Source: Eledone cirrhosa
Lineage: Eukaryota
Length of the DNA: 64,000 nucleotides
Assembly: GCA_964016885.1 (NCBI GenBank)
Contig: OZ024741.1
Span: 292,082,001 to 292,146,000, forward strand
Direction of reading: 5' to 3'
Position numbers and translations under genes: made by a program
The notes under the pieces: model-generated
Databases searched by the model: none
Seen by the model: only the letters and a program-made list of their open reading frames with translations
What the model was told of the DNA's origin: nothing
Shown: piece after piece, positions 56,410 through 64,000 of the stretch
Layout: every line of letters begins with the position of its first letter
How positions within the stretch are numbered: the stretch's first letter is position 1

Positions 56410-56452
<43 letters not shown>

Positions 56453-56866
56453 TGCTTCTGATTTATATCTAGATACATTAGTATAGGTATATTCATTTTA
56501 TTATTGAGATGAATTCTACAGGACTTGAATTGTTCTATTCGCAAGAAAGCATCAGAAAAATGAGAGATTTCTTGGTTTTAATGATTTCCTATCATGAAAG
56601 GCAACGTGAAATGAAATATCATGCTCAAGAGCACAATGCGCTGCTCAGTCGTCAAAGAATCAAACCCACGACTTGATTGCAAATCCAACACCCTAACCAC
56701 GAAGCCACATGCTTTCACATACATGTATCAATGTGTGGAACCACTATTCAGTTTTTATTTGCTATTATTGTAAATTTGTGCGTTAAAGTGTCCTCGGTCA
56801 TGGGTGTTAGATGAAGGGCGAGACGTTACATAGTGTAAGACAAAGAAATTATTATTATTATTATCA

Positions 56867-56901
<35 letters not shown>

Positions 56902-57674
56902 GTTATTATTACTGTTATTATTATTGTTATCACTCCCCTCCCTAGATGTCCAGTTATTGAAAATGATAAAATTTATTGTCATGGTTTGATATTTTGACTT
57001 GGACTTTTATCATCTTTGGATCGATAAAATTTAGTTTCCAGTCAAGAAGTGCTGTGATCGACTAATTAAATCGATAACTACTCTCTCTTCTCTCCACTCG
57101 GGTCAAATCGTCACCTTGTGCCTATGTTAGAAAACCAACTTGTTCCTCATCATCGTTCTTCGCACTACAGTCAACATTTCCTCCTCCGTCGATTTCGACG
57201 AAGATTCTTCTAGTTTTTCGATCAATGGTACAACCTGCTCATAAAATTAATGTTAAATTTGCTGAATATTCTACAGACACATGTACCTTTAAGGTGGTTT
57301 TCAGGGAGATTCAGCGTGGCAATGTGTGTGTTACAAGGCTGGCTCTTTGACAAGTACAGTTCATTTGACGGATTTCCAAACAGTTTCCGTTAATCCAATT
57401 TGCCTCATAAGGCATGGGTTAATCTGAGGTTATGGTAAACGGCACTTGCCCAAAATGCCAATTTGGATATGCTGCGCCAACTAACCACACCATCATTATC
57501 AAATCATCTTTCCCATCCGGAATATTCCATCTATGAACTACACTATCTAAGGTTGTAGGTTTTGATTCAAGGGGTATTTAACTGTTATCTCTAGCAATTC
57601 AAGCGACTGCATTACCAGATATGCCACCCGAGTCGAACCAAAGAGGTAGCTTCTAACTATGTGGAAACATTTTT

Positions 57675-58110
57675 CTTGGCTCGGTTGAATGATCAGGTAA
57701 AGATACCAGGCTTACCTCTATTGAGTGAGCATCTAGAGAGATATCTTTCATAGCTCAGTTGAACAAACACCTTGATACATTGATATGGGCTTAGTTGAAT
57801 GACCAGGTAAAGGCACCAAACTTGGCTCAGTTGTGTGACCATCTAGAGAAATTCCTTTCAGAGATCAGGTGAGCAAATACCTTGAGATATTGACCCTGGC
57901 TCAGTTGAGTGACCACGTAAAAACATTAAACTTGGCTCAGTTGAGTGACTATCTAGAGATACCTTTCATAACTCAGTTGATCAAATACATAAGACAGTAA
58001 CCTTGGTTCAGTTGAGTGACCATGTTGCGAAACTTTACTTGGCTCAACTGATGAACCAGTTATGTTGAGACACTTTACTTTAACTTTGCTCAGTTGAGTG
58101 AACTTGTAGA
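57675..58110. repeat. Degenerate ~110-bp tandem repeat composed of ctcagttga sub-repeats
   Basis: About 12 ctcagttga-like motifs. The block caggtaaag..catctagaga..ctttca recurs three times. Confidence 0.8.
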
Positions 58111-58369
58111 GACATGCTTGTTGGTTTTCTAAGGCGACAGCAATGCATCATCTACCACGGTTCAATTAAGCCAACAAATATTGACATACCCAATGGTTCC
58201 TTGAACAGCGAAGCCGTGACGACATCTTCGCTTACCGAGGCGAGAGATCACCTAAAGATGCTTTCCTTAGATCATTTGAGGAACCATGTAATGCCACTTT
58301 TCAATGGTTCTGTTGAGTAACGAATTTGAAACATCAAGGATCAACAGCAACAATAGCAGGAGTGTCGAC

Positions 58370-58800
58370 ATGCCTTATTCAGACATAGTGTATCTATGAT
58401 TATATTATCCAATGTACCCTTCCTTTTTCTGTTTAGTCCCAGACCAGTCCTGATCGAACAGATCTATGATCAAAGTCAATCCAGTGGTGACCATCTCACC
58501 TTCTATTTAGGTATAGCACAATTAGGATTATAATATCGAAGGGTACCTTTCTCGTTGATGTTTATCTCTGAACTAGTCTTGACAGATCAACCCTATTCTC
58601 AAAGGTATTCCACCTTGTATTCAGACAGTGTATTAAAAGCTATATTACTCAAAGTGTCTTTTCTTGATGTTTTGGCCCCAGGGAAACCCTAATAAAAAAA
58701 ATCTAGGATCAATGGAGGTGATCGAGTCATTATTATCCCAACTTTTATTCTGATATAGTGTAAGCCAGGACTACATTATGTAATACTGCCTTCGTTTTAA
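58370..58800. repeat. Degenerate ~110-120-bp tandem repeat of an interspersed-repeat tail
   Basis: ttcaga.atagtgta...tattat..aat...tgttt..ccc...ctatgatcaaagg recurs about 4 times. Related segments lie at ~37690-37740 and ~43410-43460. Confidence 0.6.
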
Positions 58801-59094
58801 GATGGTACAGTTATTGGTATATGAGTGAGGGATGTGCCACGAGCTAAAGCAAAATGTATTTTCAGATATGTGTTATAGCACAGAGGCTATCTCTAGCATT
58901 TCGGAACTATATATGAATGATTACAACTCATTCCTATGAAGATTTACTTGGCCTTCTGCAAGGTTTCATCTCATAGGTTTGCAAACTTTGCGAAAGCCTG
59001 TCTTATATGTGTGTTGGTATATGTGTATGGGGAATGTTTAAATCCATACCGCTTAACAACTGGTACTGTTTCTGTATATCCTGTTATTGATTCT

Positions 59095-59432
59095 GGGTCT
59101 TTATGTTCAGAGTTCAAATCCCGCCGAGATTAGCTTTTCCTTTCATCATTACTGAGTCGATGAAATGAAGTACCAGTAACGCACTGGAATTGATTTAATC
59201 GACTTTCCCTTTCCCCAAAATGTTTGGCCTTGTGCCTAAATCAGAATCTATTATTAAGGGCGGTGTATTGGCAATATCGGTAGAGCGTTGGACATTATGC
59301 TTTGCAGCATAGAGTTACGGCTCTTTACGTTCTGTGTTCAAATCCCGCGATAAAATAAAGTACCAGTAATGCACTGAGGTCGATTTAATCGACATTCCCC
59401 TCCCCCAAATTTGATGGCCTTGTGCCTTTAGT
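59095..59432 (+). mobile_element. Two tandem SINE family A variant copies
   Basis: Consensus matches at ~59095-59230 and ~59258-59432 (the latter internally deleted). Confidence 0.85.
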
Positions 59433-60380
59433 AGTATTCATTATTATTATTATTGTTATTATTATATCTTTGCCAGTGGGTCAAGTACTTATGCGTCTGA
59501 AACTGAAGCGGAGAGGTTTGCGGAGGTCTTTATTACGTGGACGGTTGCAGTCAACAGCGGGATCACAGAGTTCTGAAGGTAAGCCTTTAACCCCAATATT
59601 TTAATTGGCGAGGGTGAATGAGGCCGCTGGGAGCGGGGGTACCTAAACGAAAGCAAGAAAAAATGTTTGAAAATTTAAATTATAACACTTTAGAAAACAG
59701 AATTGTTAAAATCACGAAAACAATGAAAATATATAAATGTATGTATTTGTTCATATTGGATTGAGGATCCGGCAGGTTGTACTAGGTTACATGCTACCAG
59801 TAACCGGTTGAAGCCTCACCTAACCACATATATATGGTGAACGAAGGCAAACTCCTAGAAATAAATCACAGAAAATAGTTACACTTAGGCTAAAGTTATT
59901 TATTCTTTTCGTATGTCATGACAGATATGCTTCCACTGTTCAATATATTCACTTTTTATGGGATTTAAAACGAGACATTTCTTCCTATCCATTTCTTTCC
60001 AGAAACTGTTTTTTTCTGGATTAAGATAAATATACATATGCCTCTGTATTTATGACATTACTATCTATAAGCTCATTGACGATATACAATTGCACGTATA
60101 AAACATTCTTATCATCACAGACCAAAGTCAATGTTTATAAAAAATCATAACTATATCTTAAACATGTTAGTCTAACAGATTCAGATGCTGCTTCTACTCA
60201 TGTCACATATTAGGATAACATATTTGGACTTCCATTCTACATATACCACATTTTAGGTTAATATTTGTAGAATTTACTTCAACACTTCACCAGATATCAC
60301 ATGTGAGCTTAACCTTTCGTTACTAAATCTATTATTGTATTTGAATTAATTGATGAAGAATTTGGAGCGGTTTACTAAAA

Positions 60381-60485
60381 TAATTGTTTCTACGTTAGGC
60401 TCAAGGCCAGCAATTACCCAGTGCATTACTGGTACTTTATTTTATCGACCAGGTAAGGATGAAAGGCAAAGTTAACCTTGGCGGG
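60381..60485 (-). mobile_element. Truncated SINE family A with ~15-bp TSD
   Basis: ggtttactaaaataa on both sides. Confidence 0.88.
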
Positions 60486-60751
60486 TTTACTAAAATAATA
60501 AATTATATAATTACTAAAATGATATTTGTAATAGATTCTTATAGCAAATTATTTTGGAATATTTTAATTGAAATAAGAATCATATAAAAGGGGCTGTTCT
60601 CTTTCACAGAAACAAAGCTGGTTTGGGCCGGGTTGCTATCAAAGGAGTAAACGTCCCTACATGGAATAAAGTGCCAAGCACATCTAACAATAGTAGATGA
60701 CAGAGAACTAAAATCTGGATTGTTTCTTACTGTCTAGTGTTGTCTCTTTAT

Positions 60752-60857
60752 TACATTTTAGTGGTTGGTTAGTGATAAACTAGTGTAATGCAGATTATGT
60801 TGTACATTTTAGTGGTTGGTTAGTGATAAACTAGTATAAAGCAGATTATGTTGTACA
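60752..60857. repeat. ~51-bp tandem duplication
   Basis: tacattttagtggttggttagtgataaactagt.taa.gcagattatgttg occurs twice. Confidence 0.9.
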
Positions 60858-60921
60858 CAAGCAAATTTAAAACGACAACTCTTTCTTTCTCTCTATACAC
60901 ACATTAAGGGTGAAATCAGCG

Positions 60922-60957
<36 letters not shown>

Positions 60958-60970
60958 CACACACATATAA

Positions 60971-61003
<33 letters not shown>

Positions 61004-61199
61004 CGCACACACATATAATATGTATACAGTTACACATACACACACACACGCATATAAGTACATATTATTGGTCTTTGACAATCCGTTAAACCCAAGCTGG
61101 CAAGATAAACGGACGTTAGATGATGGTGATGACGCCGACGGCGATGATGATGATGGTGATGGTGATGATGATGGTGATGATGATGATGATGACGATGAC

Positions 61200-61264
<65 letters not shown>

Positions 61265-61583
61265 GGAGGAGGAGGAGGAGGCGGAAGAAGACTACGAAGA
61301 CAATAATGAAGATGACAATGATGATGTTACACATACAGGCATACATACAAACACTGCAAAGATCTCGTTTGCACACATGAATAAGTCCTTTGCACGTAAA
61401 TCGATGGCGATTGGTGAAGGTGGGGTGGGGAGAGCTGGGGCGAGGCGGGGGGGGGGAGCACGTTTGTAGCGTTGGTTGAAGTTTGAGCTTCAAGTGTATT
61501 TACCAACTGTAACCATCACTACATACATACACATACACACACTACACACACTCACAGAGACAGACACATACACATAAACACGT

Positions 61584-61652
<69 letters not shown>

Positions 61653-62141
61653 AACGTAATGATCAACAAATGGTGAGAGAAATTTATAAAGAGAAGAGCT
61701 ATTAAACTTGTGTGTGTCTGTGTGTATATATATATATATATATATATGATGTGTATGAATCATGAAACGTTGACCAATGGATGAATCAAAAGATATAGGA
61801 ATCTTCCTTAATGTTATTATCTATTGGCCTAAGTCTCTCCCCAGAGGAATTAACAAAGTCGTTTGAGCATAAAATAGAATGCTTTGTAATGTTAGCTACT
61901 GCTGTCTGCTCTCTGAGGTCAAATTCCACAGTGCTCAGCTTTACTGAGACATCCTTTCCCAATCCTGAGATAGTATGGAAAACGACATGACACTCGATCT
62001 GAAAGGTGAAAGATGCTGAAGTTTCTCTTCATATGAATATCAACCCATCTGCTTGTGATAATAAGGACGAAATGGGAGGAAGTTGAGGAAGACTGGCAGA
62101 GTGTTACAACAGGGGGAGAAAAGGAAATTGAATAACTAATA

Positions 62142-62232
62142 TTTTGCCTTTCATCCTTACCGGGTCGATAAAATAAAGTACCAATAATGTACTGGCATAA
62201 TTGCTGGCCTTGTGCCTATATAAGAAACAATT
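62142..62232 (+). mobile_element. SINE family A 3' fragment
   Basis: tttgcctttcatccttacc.ggtcgataaaataaagtacc...ggccttgtgcc. Confidence 0.85.
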
Positions 62233-62559
62233 ATTTATTTAATCGATTTAAATGTCCGTATCGAGCTAGTAAACCGTGACAGACTCGGGGAGTATCTAGT
62301 ACAAAAATATATAATGAGGTTCGTGTGAAGACAAAAGTTAAATAAAATAAAACAAAATAATTAGGGAAGGCCAACGGGAGGCAAATTAAGCATTTAAAAT
62401 ATATGAAGAAAATGGGAAGCAATGGAAGCTGTAAATCAGCTAAGATTCTCCTGTTGAACCTTCTATCCTCCATCTACTCAAAGATTTTGTTTATAGTTGA
62501 TAGATATTTTACAATATATTCCATTCATTTCTCCAATCTTGGCAGTTTTTTGTCCTCTT

Positions 62560-62602
<43 letters not shown>

Positions 62603-62844
62603 ACTGATAGTTTTCACATTGGAACAAATATTACTGAATAGTTCTGGGAAGTCACCACAAGAACATCGAGGTGATTCTTTACGACCAGTTCGTAATAAAA
62701 TGTAATAAATAAATAAACAAATAAATAAACAGCTCTGTCAGACATCTTTAAAAAATAATGACCATGAGAGGAGATGATTAGACGGCGTGTTTCCCTGAAA
62801 TACACGCTTTATGGCATATAGTTACGTACCTTTACGTTTTGAGC

Positions 62845-63467
62845 AACAGTAACAACAACAACAGTAGCAACAATAACAATAACAACAGTAGCAACATAAC
62901 ACCAACAAAAGTAGCAACATAACAACAACAACAGTAGCAACAGTAACAATAACAACAGAAGCAACATAACAACAACAACAACAGTAGTACCATAACAACA
63001 ACAACAGTAGCAACATAACAACAACAACAACAGTAGCAACATAACAACAATAACAACAGTAGCAACATAACAAGAACAACAACAGTAGTAACAACAACAA
63101 CAACAGTAGCAGCAGTAACAAGAACAACAGCAGCAACAGTAACAACAACAACGCTAGCAACAACAACAGTAGCAACATAACAACAACAACAACAGTAGCA
63201 ACAACAACAACAACAACAACAACAGCAGCAACAGTAACAACAACAACAGTAGCAACATAACAACAACAACAGCAGCAACAACAACAACATTACTAGCAAT
63301 AACTAAAACAGCAATAACATCACCGGCCTCAACTTCAGCAGCTGTTTTTCAAGCAGCACCAAAAACAATAGCAACAACAACAGCAGCAACAAAGTTACCA
63401 ACAATAATTACAACAGTAGCAGCTGCACACAAGCATCAGCGACAGCAGCAAAAACAACAACAGCAGC

Positions 63468-63504
<37 letters not shown>

Positions 63505-64000
63505 GCAGCAACAACATTACTAGCAATAACTACAAAAGCAGTAGCAGCTGCACTCAACTAGCAGCAACTACAGCAGCAAAAACAACACCAACTACAACAA
63601 CAACAACAACAACAGCAGCAGCACTACCAACAACAACAGCAGCACCACCACCAACAACAACAGCACCACCAACAACAACAACAACAGCACCACCACCAAC
63701 AACAGCAACTACAACAGCAGCATCACCACCAACAACAACAACACCACCAACAACAACAGCAACTACAACAGCAGTACCACCAACAACAACAACAACAATA
63801 TCAGCAACAATAACTACAGCACCACCACCAACAACAACAACATAAACTACAACAACAACTACAGCAACACCACCAACAACTGCAGCAGCACCACCACCAA
63901 CAACAACAACAGCATCAGCAACAACAACTACAGCAGCACCACCAACAACTGCAGCAACACCACCACCACCAACAACAGCATCAACAACAACAACTACAGC
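62845..64000. repeat. (CAA/CAG/CAC)n trinucleotide low-complexity array
   Basis: Direct inspection. Confidence 0.95.

Noticed and set aside
57675-58110. CRISPR-like repeat/spacer pattern
   Set aside because: The apparent spacers themselves recur with a ~110-bp period and the repeats are degenerate.
60309-60650. piggyBac-like MITE (ttaacctttcg...aaaggagtaa)
   Set aside because: The right end is too degenerate to establish TIRs or a TTAA TSD by eye.
61020-61469. Asp-rich acidic (biomineralisation-like) protein
   Set aside because: It is a (GAT)n microsatellite flanked by (CA)n-derived sequence, with no signal peptide or domain.
62845-64000. PolyQ/polyT coding region
   Set aside because: It is a low-complexity trinucleotide array with frequent stops and frame changes.

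Overview
Eukaryotic, AT-rich, microsatellite-saturated genomic DNA, most likely from an octopus or other cephalopod (inferred from the SINE families and the abundant (TA)n/(CA)n/(GA)n/trinucleotide tracts). No host protein-coding gene is confidently identifiable, and most listed ORFs are simple-repeat artefacts. The window holds a decayed Tx1/L1-like LINE with an RT domain (1-2240), three CRE-clade (RLE endonuclease) remnants, RTE-clade fragments, about 20 copies of one tRNA-derived SINE, a hAT MITE, a 33-bp minisatellite and a ~9.8-kb 29-bp satellite with higher-order structure. The most interesting signal is a set of short, sequence-diverse, ORF-less elements in or beside (TA)n tracts that carry minimal type-I hammerhead ribozyme motifs. 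These include canonical CUGANGA cores, two U3-A8 covariant cores and several palindromic stem IIIs. Several are arranged as head-to-head fold-back hairpins, probably Penelope-like-element (PLE) termini or non-autonomous derivatives. All folds were done by eye and none has been tested.
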